Shown piece by piece: positions 1 to 9,651 of a DNA stretch of 64,000 nt. This stretch comes from a candidate division FCPU426 bacterium (GTDB taxonomy: Bacteria; Oederibacteriota; Muellerivitia; Muellerivitales; Muellerivitaceae), in assembly GCA_963796105.1 (NCBI GenBank), contig CAWCKJ010000004.1:864001-928000 (forward strand), in the 5' to 3' direction. Position 1 is the first letter of the stretch; each line of letters opens with the position of its first letter. The notes under the pieces are model-generated. The model saw only the letters and a program-made list of their open reading frames with translations. It made no database searches and was not told where the DNA came from. The position numbers and the translations under genes were made by a program.

Positions 1-1
1 C

Positions 2-427
2 ATTTGCGAAAAAGCCCTCGGGCTATGCGACGCCTTGGAATTTAAGAACCGCTCCTTTGATGAGCTTTCGGGGGGGGAGAAACAGCGCATTCTTTTAGCC
101 TCGGCCCTGGCCCAAACTCCGGATCTTCTTTTGCTGGATGAGCCCACGCTTTCCCTGGATCTTTCCCATCAACTTCTCCTTTTCCAGATCATTCAAAAAC
201 TTCACCGGGAAGAGGAATTGACGGTGGTGGTGGCCACCCACGAGCTGAATTTGGCGGGAAGATTTTTAAAGCGCTTGGTTTTGATGAAGGCGGGTCAGGT
301 GGAGGCGGATGGGTCTCCCGGGAGGGTGCTCACTTCCCCGACTATCAGGAAAGTTTTAAATGTGGACGTAGAGAAGATCAAACATAGGGATGAATTTCCA
401 TATTTCGTCCCAAAGAAGGGAAAATAA
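2..427 (+). CDS. ABC transporter ATP-binding subunit (BtuD/FecE-like), 5'-truncated by the window edge
   Basis: LSGGEKQR signature, LLLLDEPT Walker B and H-loop; the frame is open to the window start; adjacent to a permease and binding protein. Confidence 0.9.
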   Translation: MCEKALGLCDALEFKNRSFDELSGGEKQRILLASALAQTPDLLLLDEPTLSLDLSHQLLLFQIIQKLHREEELTVVVATHELNLAGRFLKRLVLMKAGQVEADGSPGRVLTSPTIRKVLNVDVEKIKHRDEFPYFVPKKGK

Positions 428-431
428 CTAG

Positions 432-1445
432 GTGAAAAGCACTTCCGCCAAAATGCTGGTCTTAATGGGAACGATCCTGTTATTTTCCGCTGTATTGATT
501 GGCTCGCCGTTTGTCGGCCCCACGCATTTATCCTATGACAAGGTTTTCCAATCCTACGGGACTTCGTCCGGGAACCAGGATGCCCTGATCTTTTTCAATG
601 TCCGGCTTCCCCGCAATCTACTGGCGGCCTTGACCGGGGCGGCTATGGCCCTTGCGGGGGTGGTATTCCAGGCCGTTTTAAGAAATCCATTGGCCTGCCC
701 CTTCACCTTGGGGGTGGCGGGAGGCAGTTCCTTCGGGGCGGCCCTGGCCCTATTACTCGGCCTCACGACCGCTTACCACGGATTCTCGACCGTGACCTTA
801 TTTTCATTTTTAGGCGCGCTTCTATCCCTCGTCCTGGTTTACCTGTTGGCCACATTTCTCAATTCTTTCTCAGCCACGACGCTTTTGCTGGCGGGGATCG
901 CGATCAGTTTCTTCTTTAACGCCCTGGTTCTCTTGTCCTACTACATCGCGGATTTCACCCAATCTTATGCCATGATTCATTGGATGATCGGAAGCCTGGA
1001 TGTGGTTGATTTGGAAACGGTGGAGAAATTGGCGTCGGGAATCGCCGCCGGCTTCGTGATCTTGTGCTGGATGGGACGGGAGCTGAACTTGCTTTCAGCT
1101 GGGGAGGAACTGGCCAAGGTCAAGGGGGTTCACACCTCCAGGGTCATCGCCTATTCCATCGTGACAGCTTCCTTGATGACCAGTATGGTGGTTGCCTTGA
1201 CAGGCCCCATCGCTTTTGTCGGTTTGATTGTTCCTCATATATATAGGCTTTTGATAGGTAACGATCACCGGTTTTTACTTCCCTTGAGCGCCTTGGGGGG
1301 CGCGGCATTCCTCGTGATTTGCGACACGGTGGCCCGTTCCTTCTTCGGGCCGGTCGAGCTTCCGGTGGGAATCCTGACGGCGTTGTTGGGAGTGCCGGTA
1401 CTGCTTTGGCTTTTATTTAGAAGAAAGAATTATCTCTCTTCCTAA
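432..1445 (+). CDS. btuC: FecCD/BtuC-family ABC permease, probably for cobalamin
   Basis: RLPR, QAVLRNPLA.P..LGV and GPIAFVGLIVPH motifs; hydrophobic; B12 riboswitch in the locus. Confidence 0.85.
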   Translation: MKSTSAKMLVLMGTILLFSAVLIGSPFVGPTHLSYDKVFQSYGTSSGNQDALIFFNVRLPRNLLAALTGAAMALAGVVFQAVLRNPLACPFTLGVAGGSSFGAALALLLGLTTAYHGFSTVTLFSFLGALLSLVLVYLLATFLNSFSATTLLLAGIAISFFFNALVLLSYYIADFTQSYAMIHWMIGSLDVVDLETVEKLASGIAAGFVILCWMGRELNLLSAGEELAKVKGVHTSRVIAYSIVTASLMTSMVVALTGPIAFVGLIVPHIYRLLIGNDHRFLLPLSALGGAAFLVICDTVARSFFGPVELPVGILTALLGVPVLLWLLFRRKNYLSS

Positions 1446-1484
1446 TCCTTCCGCGGGAACCTAAAAATAAGGAAAGATAATCAA

Positions 1485-2363
1485 ATGTCGCTTCCATCAA
1501 AATATCAAAAGGCTTTCTTTTTGGGGCTCGCTCTTTTCTGGGCGGTGGGGCTTCTTCCGGCCCAGGAAACCCAGCGGAATTACCAACGGATCATCTCCAT
1601 GGCTCCTAATCTCACCGAGATTCTATATGACATCGGGGCGGAAGGGCGGTTGGTGGGAGTCACCGACTATTGCAAATTCCCCCCTGAGGCGCGGTTTAAA
1701 CCCAAAATCGGGGGTTGGATCAATCCAAACTATGAAATGATTCTTTCCCTCAAGCCGGATCTCATATTGGGTTTGAAATTTCACGGCCAAACGGTCGATC
1801 ATCTCCGCGCTCTTCACCTCCCTGTCCTGGTTGTGGATTGTCAGAAGGTCCAAGATGTCCTTAACGCATATCATGTTCTGGGTAAGGCCTTAGGTAGGGA
1901 GAAGGAAGCGGACCGGGCAAGGGTGCGGCTGGAGCGGAAATTGGCGAGGGCCCAAAAAAAGTCCCTGGGGCATAAACCCGTTTCAGTCCTTTTTATCATC
2001 GGCCGCAACCCGGGAACCCTGGACCAACTTTATGCCGCTGGTGCCGGGACTTTCGTGGATGAGATGATTACCCAGGCGGGAGGAAGGAATATCCTCTCGG
2101 ACGCGAAAGGGGCCTATCCCATGGTCTCCAAGGAACAACTTCTAAAACGGGATCCGGATGTCATTATCGACTCCATTCCCACCAGCGAGTCCAATCCGGG
2201 GCAATTGGAAGCGGAAAAGGAATCCTGGAATAAATTTCCAAGCTTGGAGGCGGTGCGGAAAGGGCGTGTTTATATCCTAACCCGGGATGATTATCTTATC
2301 CCGGGCCCCTCCTTAGCCGGGCTAGCGGAATATCTCGCCGGATTATTCAACCATGTGCGGTAA
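1485..2363 (+). CDS. btuF: Periplasmic cobalamin-binding protein (BtuF-like)
   Basis: Signal peptide; RIISMAPNLTEILY...LVGVTDYC.FP and LKPDL motifs. Confidence 0.85.
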   Translation: MSLPSKYQKAFFLGLALFWAVGLLPAQETQRNYQRIISMAPNLTEILYDIGAEGRLVGVTDYCKFPPEARFKPKIGGWINPNYEMILSLKPDLILGLKFHGQTVDHLRALHLPVLVVDCQKVQDVLNAYHVLGKALGREKEADRARVRLERKLARAQKKSLGHKPVSVLFIIGRNPGTLDQLYAAGAGTFVDEMITQAGGRNILSDAKGAYPMVSKEQLLKRDPDVIIDSIPTSESNPGQLEAEKESWNKFPSLEAVRKGRVYILTRDDYLIPGPSLAGLAEYLAGLFNHVR

Positions 2364-2445
2364 GCCCGAATTTTCTCGACTAGGATATTCGGGATGTTTT
2401 TACCGATTGACATTTCCAGTAAGGAAGAGTAAATACAACGTATAA

Positions 2446-2583
2446 CTCAAGGTGCTCGGGAAATCGGTGAAAAACCGATGCGGACCCGCCACTGTAAGGG
2501 GTATGGATTCATTCCGTAAGCCACTGTCTGAAAGGACGGGAAGGCCCGGAAGTTTGCCCCGTAGCCAGGAGACCGGCCTTGAG
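2446..2583 (+). ncRNA. Cobalamin (AdoCbl) riboswitch
   Basis: CTCAAGG...CCTTGAG closing stem, GGGAA, CGGTG-AAAA-ACCG, CCCGCCACTGT, CCACTG...GGGAAGG and the AGCCAGGAGACCGGCC B12 box, upstream of a TonB receptor. Confidence 0.95.
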
Positions 2584-2691
2584 ATAAATTTTCGACGGCT
2601 TCTTCGGGATAAAGAAGCGGAGATTAAACCTTCTTTCCGGTTTTCCTCCCTTTTCACTCCCTTTAAAGTCTTCGGCCTCGGGAGTAGGCTC

Positions 2692-4692
2692 ATGTGCGAG
2701 TCATTCGGCAGGAAGTCTTTTTGTTTTATTGCTTTTTACTTCTTGATCTTTCCTCTTTCCCTTAAAGCGGATTCGTCCATACTGGAGTCTTCGGCGGACA
2801 CTTCGACCGCCGTTTCCAACCCCAATCTCCTATCGGCGCAATCCCCCGTTGAGTTGCCGGAAGTGGTGGTAACAGCCAACCGTCTGGACACACCGCTGAG
2901 CCAGGTGGCCAATTCCATGACCGTGATCACGGCGGAGGACATTCAGCAGAACCAGGCTGACACGACTTTGGGAGCCCTGCAGGGTATTCCAGGAATGACC
3001 CACTTCCAAAACGGGGGGCCGGGAGAAAACTCCGGTATTTTTATGCGAGGGGCTGACGCCGGGCACACCCTCGTTCTCTTGAATGGGATACCCCTGAACA
3101 ATCCCATCTCAACCGACCGAGCCTTCAGTGATTTTGACCAGCTATACCTGGACGACATTCGTCAAATCGAGGTGGTGAGGGGGCCCTTAAGCACTCTCTA
3201 TGGAACCAACGCCACGGCCGGGGTGGTCAATATCATCACCCAAAAGGGGGAAGGAGAACCCAAGGGTTCGCTTCTCTTCGAGGGAGGGGCCTACAACAGT
3301 TTCCGGGAGGCGGCTTGCGCCTCGGCCGGAAAAAGCGTTGGCAATCTTGCCCTGTCCGTCTCCCGTTTTGACACGCAAGGGTTTCCCTCGGCGGATAAAT
3401 CCTTCGGGAACACCATCGACAACGGGGATGGAAACACCACCTCTTCCCTGCGCTTCGGGGTTTCCCCCCTTTCCAACTTGGACAACAACCTGTTCGTGCG
3501 TTTCATTCAATCCCGGACCAACATCGACGCCACGAGCGGTGTTGGAGGGGATGATCCCAACTATTTCGTCAATGAACGCCAATGGGTGATGGGAAGCCAA
3601 ACAAATTGGAAGCTATTAGGGGGCGGTTGGGAACAAGTATTAGGGATCTCTTATATGAATGATCTACAGCTATACACGGATCAATTTAGTTCCTATGTCA
3701 ATTCCCATTATGAACGCGGGGCTTTTGAGGGGCAGTCGGCCCAATTGAATTGGCAAAACAATTTAAGCTTATGGAAAGGGGAAACCCTGGTGGCCGGAAT
3801 CCAGGGACAGCAGGAATGGGGCCGGGAAGACGACACCACCGATTATGGTTATGGGTTTTCCGATAGTTTGATCAATAAAAGCACCCAAACCGGCAGTTAT
3901 TATGTGGAAAGTCAGACTACCTTCTTGGACCGAATCTTCGCCACCTTGGGAGGGCGAATGGATTCGGTCAGTTCATTTGGCAGTCAATTCTCTTACCGCG
4001 GGGCATTCGCTTACTTCTTACCGGAATCGCAGACCAAGATTAAAGCCTCCTACGGGACGGGCTTTAAAGCGCCTTCGATATACCAGCTTTACTCTCCCTA
4101 CGGGAGTGTCGGCCTCCAGGCCGAGAAAAGCCAGGGGTGGGATGCGGGGTTGGAGCAGCCTTTCCTAGGAGGATCGGCCAAGGCGGGAGCGACTTATTTT
4201 CATAATGATTTTACCAACCTAATTGATTTCGAATCCACCGCCACTCCCCCCTATGGCGAGTACGTCAATATTGATAAAGCCCAAACGGAAGGCTGGGAAG
4301 TCTTCGCTTCATCTAAGCTCAATCGAAATTTGGAATTAAAAGCCGATTACACATATACCTGGGCTATCGATCTTCAAACCAGCCAACAGCTGTTAAGACG
4401 GCCTCAAAACCAGGCGGATTTCAGCGCTTTCGAGCATTGGGGTGATGTCAGTTTTGGATGCAGTTTTCTTTATGTTGGGGATAGGCCCGATTTGTCTTTC
4501 GCGACCTATCCGGCTACGCCAGTCGTGCTGCCTTCTTATTTGCTTGTGAACCTTATGGCTTCGTATCAGCTGGATAAGAGTTTCAAGTTATTCGGCCGGA
4601 TCAATAACCTGCTTAATGCGTCTTATGAGGAAATTTACGGATATGGAACGCCAGGCTTTTCGGTTTATCTCGGAACTAAAATCTCGCTTTAA
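2692..4692 (+). CDS. btuB: TonB-dependent outer-membrane cobalamin receptor
   Basis: GGAG RBS at 2681 and ATG at 2692 give a clean signal peptide; TonB box EVVVTA; plug motif IEVVRGPLSTLYG; riboswitch upstream. Confidence 0.9.
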   Translation: MCESFGRKSFCFIAFYFLIFPLSLKADSSILESSADTSTAVSNPNLLSAQSPVELPEVVVTANRLDTPLSQVANSMTVITAEDIQQNQADTTLGALQGIPGMTHFQNGGPGENSGIFMRGADAGHTLVLLNGIPLNNPISTDRAFSDFDQLYLDDIRQIEVVRGPLSTLYGTNATAGVVNIITQKGEGEPKGSLLFEGGAYNSFREAACASAGKSVGNLALSVSRFDTQGFPSADKSFGNTIDNGDGNTTSSLRFGVSPLSNLDNNLFVRFIQSRTNIDATSGVGGDDPNYFVNERQWVMGSQTNWKLLGGGWEQVLGISYMNDLQLYTDQFSSYVNSHYERGAFEGQSAQLNWQNNLSLWKGETLVAGIQGQQEWGREDDTTDYGYGFSDSLINKSTQTGSYYVESQTTFLDRIFATLGGRMDSVSSFGSQFSYRGAFAYFLPESQTKIKASYGTGFKAPSIYQLYSPYGSVGLQAEKSQGWDAGLEQPFLGGSAKAGATYFHNDFTNLIDFESTATPPYGEYVNIDKAQTEGWEVFASSKLNRNLELKADYTYTWAIDLQTSQQLLRRPQNQADFSAFEHWGDVSFGCSFLYVGDRPDLSFATYPATPVVLPSYLLVNLMASYQLDKSFKLFGRINNLLNASYEEIYGYGTPGFSVYLGTKISL

Positions 4693-4769
4693 TGAAAATT
4701 CAGCTAATGGAAAATATCGGATTAAGAGAGCATGGATATTGAGTAAGTAAAAAAGATTTTAAGGATTTA

Positions 4770-5423
4770 TTAACGGTATCGCGGGGAATGAATTTCCTTG
4801 GAATTGGGTTTCAGGGAGGTTAGCCAGTATCCGTCGCGGGTTTTTGGTTTCAAGACTTGGCTTAATAACCGGGCCCTGTGCCGGTAGGAATAATCCAGTT
4901 TTTTTTGGACCCAATCCCGTGATTTTCCTGTTCGGATCGCCCAGAGAAGAAAATAAGGAACCAAAGTCTTAAAAGGAAATTGAGTCTGCCATAGGCCGAG
5001 TAAGCCCGCGTTCTCATACGAGGAAAAACGGGGAGTCTTCCCGAAACTATGAAAGAATTTCTCGAAATTATTCTCAAAAGTAGATTTCGGGAATTTCAAT
5101 TTGATTTTTTGCCAGGCATGACGAAGCTTGACGGATTTTTTGGAATAGCCAAGAGTTAAAAAGTGGCCTTGGATGGTATTGCGATGGATTTGAAGGGCTT
5201 CCGCCGTCTTTAAGATGTTCCCGGAATAAACCACAAACCAATGAAGGAAATAATGCCGTTCTAAATCCTTGGGGAACAAACCTCTTTTCCACAATCGATT
5301 TAAGGTCTCGAAACCTTTCTTCAATTTGTCTTTAGGTATGGATAAAGGGGGTTTGAAAATCACAAGGTCTCTTTCAATGCACAATTTGTAACCGAAAGTT
5401 CTTATGAGTAAGTTTCCAACCAA
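4770..5423 (-). CDS. Uncharacterised basic DNA-binding protein with a Fis-like HTH and a probable second HTH repeat
   Basis: LERHYF...SGNILKTAEALQIHRNTI matches the Fis/HTH_8 pattern; start codon uncertain. Confidence 0.65.
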   Translation of the reverse strand: MVGNLLIRTFGYKLCIERDLVIFKPPLSIPKDKLKKGFETLNRLWKRGLFPKDLERHYFLHWFVVYSGNILKTAEALQIHRNTIQGHFLTLGYSKKSVKLRHAWQKIKLKFPKSTFENNFEKFFHSFGKTPRFSSYENAGLLGLWQTQFPFKTLVPYFLLWAIRTGKSRDWVQKKLDYSYRHRARLLSQVLKPKTRDGYWLTSLKPNSKEIHSPRYR

Positions 5424-5892
5424 TTGATTATTTTTTCAAGCGTTGACAGGAAAAATATACTTCAACATTTTTATGTCAGAATAAGTTGAGTGGCAAGGCC
5501 CGGGAATGCCTTCATTCAAACCAAGTCGATTAATGTACTTTTTGTGAAGCATGGCTAAATTAAAAGGAATTGTTTATTGCTAAGACATTCAGGCCCGCAG
5601 CAAAGAAACGCAAATGTATTAGCCTACTAATAGAGAGCTATTCACTTTTTCAAGGGTAAAACTAGCTAGAACGGCTTTCCCGATATTTCTATCACCCACA
5701 AAATTATTTTAAGTTCAATGGAGGAACACAATCTCCAATCAAAATTATCTTCTTTGGGTTGAATCGCCGTTTTGGACGAAACCCATGATCATTATTTTTA
5801 ACCGAAAAATTCGAATCGATCGTCAAAGGGGTGATTTATTGAACTTCAGGAACTCTTAATTCCCCGGTTTTAATTAGTTTTCGAAGCATTCA

Positions 5893-5922
5893 TTGACGTT
5901 TCCTCCGCCAGTACGTTACAAT
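5893..5922 (+). promoter_or_regulatory. Sigma70-type promoter of the rpmH operon
   Basis: TTGACG-N18-TACAAT about 80 bp upstream of rpmH. Confidence 0.65.
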
Positions 5923-6000
5923 ATTGCTCTTTTCGGACTGTCATGGGCGACCGTGGCAGTCTCAAAAAAATTACTAAACATGAGGAAAAATTAGACTTTT

Positions 6001-6138
6001 ATGAAAAGGACCTTCCAACCTAACAAGCGTAAACGCCAAAAAGTCCACGGTTTTAGGAGCAGAATGAAAACAACCGGAGGCCGTCGCGTGTTGAGTTCGC
6101 GGCGCAAGAAGGGACGTTTACGAGTCAGTGTACAGTAA
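6001..6138 (+). CDS. rpmH: 50S ribosomal protein L34 (absent from the ORF track)
   Basis: Manual translation: [45 protein letters not shown]. Confidence 0.98.
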   Translation: MKRTFQPNKRKRQKVHGFRSRMKTTGGRRVLSSRRKKGRLRVSVQ

Positions 6139-6156
6139 GCTTAGGAATGATTGGTT

Positions 6157-6507
6157 ATGCCCCGTTTTTTAAAAACGGAGCGACTGAGGAAGTCGAATGA
6201 ATTTAAGGCGGTATTTCAGAAATGCCGCAAGTTAGAAGATGGTAATTTCGCGTTTTATGTACAGTTCGCCGAGGACAAGGGTTTGAGAAAATTCGGTATT
6301 TCGCTGGGACGGGCCTTTGGAAAGGCCCACCAACGCAACCAACTCAAACGGCGTCTTCGGGAAATTTACCGGGTGGAAAAGGAACGTTTCCGCGGGGGAT
6401 ATCAAATCATCGTTTTAACCCAACGCGGAAGTTCAGGCAGAACCTTTGAGGAACTGAGAAAGTCTTTTCTTTCGCTCTCAACAAAGGCTGGCCTCCTCGC
6501 CGGATGA
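6157..6507 (+). CDS. rnpA: Ribonuclease P protein component
   Basis: ERLRKSNEFKAVF; GKAHQRNQLKRRLRE (RNR motif); synteny with rpmH. Confidence 0.95.
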   Translation: MPRFLKTERLRKSNEFKAVFQKCRKLEDGNFAFYVQFAEDKGLRKFGISLGRAFGKAHQRNQLKRRLREIYRVEKERFRGGYQIIVLTQRGSSGRTFEELRKSFLSLSTKAGLLAG

Positions 6508-6519
6508 GAAAACCTGGGA

Positions 6520-6747
6520 TTGAAAATGGACAAGCTTTTGAAGCAGGGGCTGTTATTAATTATAAAAGGGTATCAACTCATGATTTCGCCTTATTTACCC
6601 TCTGCCTGCCGGTTTACGCCCACCTGCTCGGAATACACCCGCCAAGCCATTGAAAAATATGGAATTTTTAAGGGCTTTGCTATGGGTTTAAAGCGTTTGA
6701 GCCGTTGCCATCCCGCCTCATCCGGAGGATTCCACCCCGTTACTTAA
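6520..6747 (+). CDS. yidD: Membrane protein insertion efficiency factor YidD
   Basis: YQLMISP...CRFTPTCSEY...RCHP...GG..PV. Confidence 0.97.
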   Translation: MKMDKLLKQGLLLIIKGYQLMISPYLPSACRFTPTCSEYTRQAIEKYGIFKGFAMGLKRLSRCHPASSGGFHPVT

Positions 6748-6766
6748 TTCATTTCGGGGGAATCAT

Positions 6767-8479
6767 TTGGAAAATCAAGGCCGTCTCGTTTTATTTCTAG
6801 TTCTTTCCATGCTGATCTTGTTTGCCTCGTCTTATTTTATGCCGGCTCCCCCTCCGCCGGTTCCCCAAGCCAAGACCGTCCAAACAAATCCTATGAAAGC
6901 CGAAACATCCTCAACGGAAAAGTTATCGGTGGTAAAAAATGAGACTAAAATTCCGAAGGTGGCCAAGATCCCTCAAGCAGAGCTCGCCTCCGTCATCATT
7001 GAGACCGAAGAATATATCGCAACCTTCTCCAATAAAGGCGCCGTTCTAGAAGGATTTCAGCTGAAAAAATACCTGAACCGGCAGACTCACCAGCCGATCC
7101 AGTTGGTTAATCCCGATTCTGACAGGCCAAGACCATTCTCGTTGGAATATTCTCCGATGCCAGAAGTGAACCAAGCTATATTTCAAGTAGAGGGTTCTTC
7201 CAAGCGCCTAACTAAACCGGAGGATAAGACGGTTCTGGTTTTTCGCACCTCAGACTCCCAAGGGCTTGTCTTGCAAAAAACATTCACCTTTAGAAACGGA
7301 AGTTATTTGATTGATTTTGACATGGCGTTAAACCAGACAGGCCGAACCCTCATTCCCTCTTCAAATTTGGCGGTGGAGTGGCCGGATACATTGGGCAAGG
7401 AAGAATTGACGGGGACGAATTCCAGGGTCCAGGGTTACAGGGTGGCGACCTTGACGGGAGACCATATATCAAACGAGGGACTTAAGAAGTCCCAGGAAAG
7501 CGTGGAAATTCCATCGCCTATCAGTTGGACAGCGTTGGCAAACCAGTTTTTCGTGGCGGCCTTGATCCCTGATCCCTCTTCGGGTGGGGCGTCCGTTAAA
7601 GTTTTGCGGGACTATAACGCCTATAGAAGCCCGACGCAGGAGGAGCCCAATCCGGGATTGGACACAAAAACTTTCGATCCCAGGCCGCTTCTTGTTTTTA
7701 GCGGCCAAGCCATTCGCGCCGGCGAGAGCTTCGAACGTAAAGGCAGGGTCTTTTTTGGCCCCCAGGATTATTCCCTTTTAAAAAGTTTGCGCCTCAAACT
7801 GGAAGGGGTTGTAGATTTTGGCATGTTTGGATTCATCAGCGTTTATATGCTGGACCTTCTCAAGTGGTTCTTTACCTGGTGCCGTAACTGGGGCTTGGCG
7901 ATTATATTTTTATCAATAGCCGTGAAACTGATTCTCTGGTTTCCAACCCATTCCAGCTATAAGAACATGTATCTTATGTCGCAGAAAACTAGGGAAATCC
8001 AACCGAAACTCGAGGCCATCAAGCGGAAATACGCCGATGACAAGCAGAAGCAGCAGCAAGAGACCATGGCCTTATATCAGCAGGCCGGAATCAACCCCTT
8101 GGGAGGGTGTCTGCCCATGCTTCTTCAAATGCCGGTCTTTATCGCGCTGTATTCAACCCTCTCCCATAGTATTGAGCTGAGGGGAGCCCCCTTTCTTTGG
8201 ATTGACGACTTAACCCTCAAGGACCCGATTTATCTGCTTCCACTTCTTATGGGAGCCTCCATGATTTTCTCGCAGAAAATGTCCGGCCAGATGACCACTC
8301 AAGCGGCCGGGCAACAAAAAATGATGATGTGGATGATGCCGGTCATGTTGACGTTCTTCTCTTTCCAGTGGCCAGCCGGGCTTTTGGTTTACTGGGTAGT
8401 GACGAACGTTCTTTCAATGATTCAACAAAAGATTGTGAACATTGAAATTAAGAAGGCTAAAAAGAAAGCGGAGGCTTAA
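6767..8479 (+). CDS. yidC: Membrane protein insertase YidC
   Basis: NWGLAII, GINPLGGCLPMLLQMPVF and PAGLLVYW motifs; large periplasmic domain. Confidence 0.97.
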   Translation: MENQGRLVLFLVLSMLILFASSYFMPAPPPPVPQAKTVQTNPMKAETSSTEKLSVVKNETKIPKVAKIPQAELASVIIETEEYIATFSNKGAVLEGFQLKKYLNRQTHQPIQLVNPDSDRPRPFSLEYSPMPEVNQAIFQVEGSSKRLTKPEDKTVLVFRTSDSQGLVLQKTFTFRNGSYLIDFDMALNQTGRTLIPSSNLAVEWPDTLGKEELTGTNSRVQGYRVATLTGDHISNEGLKKSQESVEIPSPISWTALANQFFVAALIPDPSSGGASVKVLRDYNAYRSPTQEEPNPGLDTKTFDPRPLLVFSGQAIRAGESFERKGRVFFGPQDYSLLKSLRLKLEGVVDFGMFGFISVYMLDLLKWFFTWCRNWGLAIIFLSIAVKLILWFPTHSSYKNMYLMSQKTREIQPKLEAIKRKYADDKQKQQQETMALYQQAGINPLGGCLPMLLQMPVFIALYSTLSHSIELRGAPFLWIDDLTLKDPIYLLPLLMGASMIFSQKMSGQMTTQAAGQQKMMMWMMPVMLTFFSFQWPAGLLVYWVVTNVLSMIQQKIVNIEIKKAKKKAEA

Positions 8480-8483
8480 TAAA

Positions 8484-9599
8484 ATGAGGAATTATTCAAA
8501 TCAAAACAGCGGACGGCCTTCCCCAGGTTACAACCGAACGCCGAGCGACAGGGGAAATTTCAACAAGCAAAGCAAGCCAGGAGGGTACCGTAAACCTTAC
8601 CGCTCCGACCGGGAGGAATATCGGGGTGACCGCCGACCCTCAGGGAACCAAAGCAGGCCCTACACGTCATCTTCTCGTGGACCGGTTCGAAACGAACGGC
8701 CTGTAAAAACGGAATATCGCCCTTCACCCCGCAGTGAAGGCGGATGGTTGGAAGTTTCAGGAAAATCGGTCGAGGAAGCAGTGGAACTGGCCGCGAAAAG
8801 GTTTAATGTCAAACGAGAGGATTTGAAGACCGAAGTGGTGGATGAGGGAAAAAAAGGGTTTTTAGGAATCGGGTCAAAAGAGGCTAGGGTTAAGCTTATC
8901 TTGAAATCCGCGGCAGTGCCTGCTTTTGCGGAAGGCGTTCTTTCCCGTATTCTTCATGATATGAACCTCCCGGATAAGGTCAAAATCCAAAAGGATTCTG
9001 ATGGAAACACGGTCCTAAACATCCTGGGCCCATCTAGCGGGACTCTTATCGGCCGCCACGGCCATACTTTGGAGGCCCTTCAATATATTGTTTCCAAAGT
9101 CGTTCAAAGGATGACAGGCGACGAAAGAGCCATTGTGATCGTGGATGTGGAAAGTTATTTAGACCGCCAAAAGGATAAATTGAAGGAATTGGCCCTCAAT
9201 CTGGCTCAAAAAGCCAAAGAAACAGGCGTGGAGATTCCCATGAGGCCCATGAGTTCCAAGGACCGCAGGGTCGTTCACTTGGCTCTTAAAGATCACGAAC
9301 ATGTGACAACCGAGAGCCGAGGCGAAGGGCTTAGGCGCAAAGTGGTTATTGTTCCCAAAGTGAAAGCTTCCGAAGCTGCGGTTGCAATCCAACCTGGGAA
9401 CGGGTCGGAAACGCAGAACCAGCAAATACCATCTGAAACAGAGCCACAGAATATTCAAGATGGAAATGAGCCGGTTTCGGAAGGAAATAAAATTACACCG
9501 GAAGAAACGTCATCTTCGGCTTCCGCTACATTGGAGCCGGGAAATTCCATTGCAAGCGATGCTTCTCAAGTTTTGGATGACAATATCGGGAATCATTAA
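8484..9599 (+). CDS. jag: Jag/KhpB (EloR) RNA-binding protein with long disordered termini
   Basis: Jag_N (GKSVEEAV...KGFLGIG), KH (LIGRHGHTLEALQY) and R3H (MSSKDRRVVH) domains; GGAGG RBS before ATG 8484. Confidence 0.93.
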   Translation: MRNYSNQNSGRPSPGYNRTPSDRGNFNKQSKPGGYRKPYRSDREEYRGDRRPSGNQSRPYTSSSRGPVRNERPVKTEYRPSPRSEGGWLEVSGKSVEEAVELAAKRFNVKREDLKTEVVDEGKKGFLGIGSKEARVKLILKSAAVPAFAEGVLSRILHDMNLPDKVKIQKDSDGNTVLNILGPSSGTLIGRHGHTLEALQYIVSKVVQRMTGDERAIVIVDVESYLDRQKDKLKELALNLAQKAKETGVEIPMRPMSSKDRRVVHLALKDHEHVTTESRGEGLRRKVVIVPKVKASEAAVAIQPGNGSETQNQQIPSETEPQNIQDGNEPVSEGNKITPEETSSSASATLEPGNSIASDASQVLDDNIGNH

Positions 9600-9651
9600 T
9601 AATTCGGATAAGTTTCATGGTTTGTTAGCAATGGGTCACGGTTAAAAAATC

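Noticed and set aside
2452..2691. 80-aa N-terminal extension of btuB in the ORF track, and antisense ORF 2400-2693
   Set aside because: The region is the riboswitch leader; the RBS and signal peptide support ATG 2692
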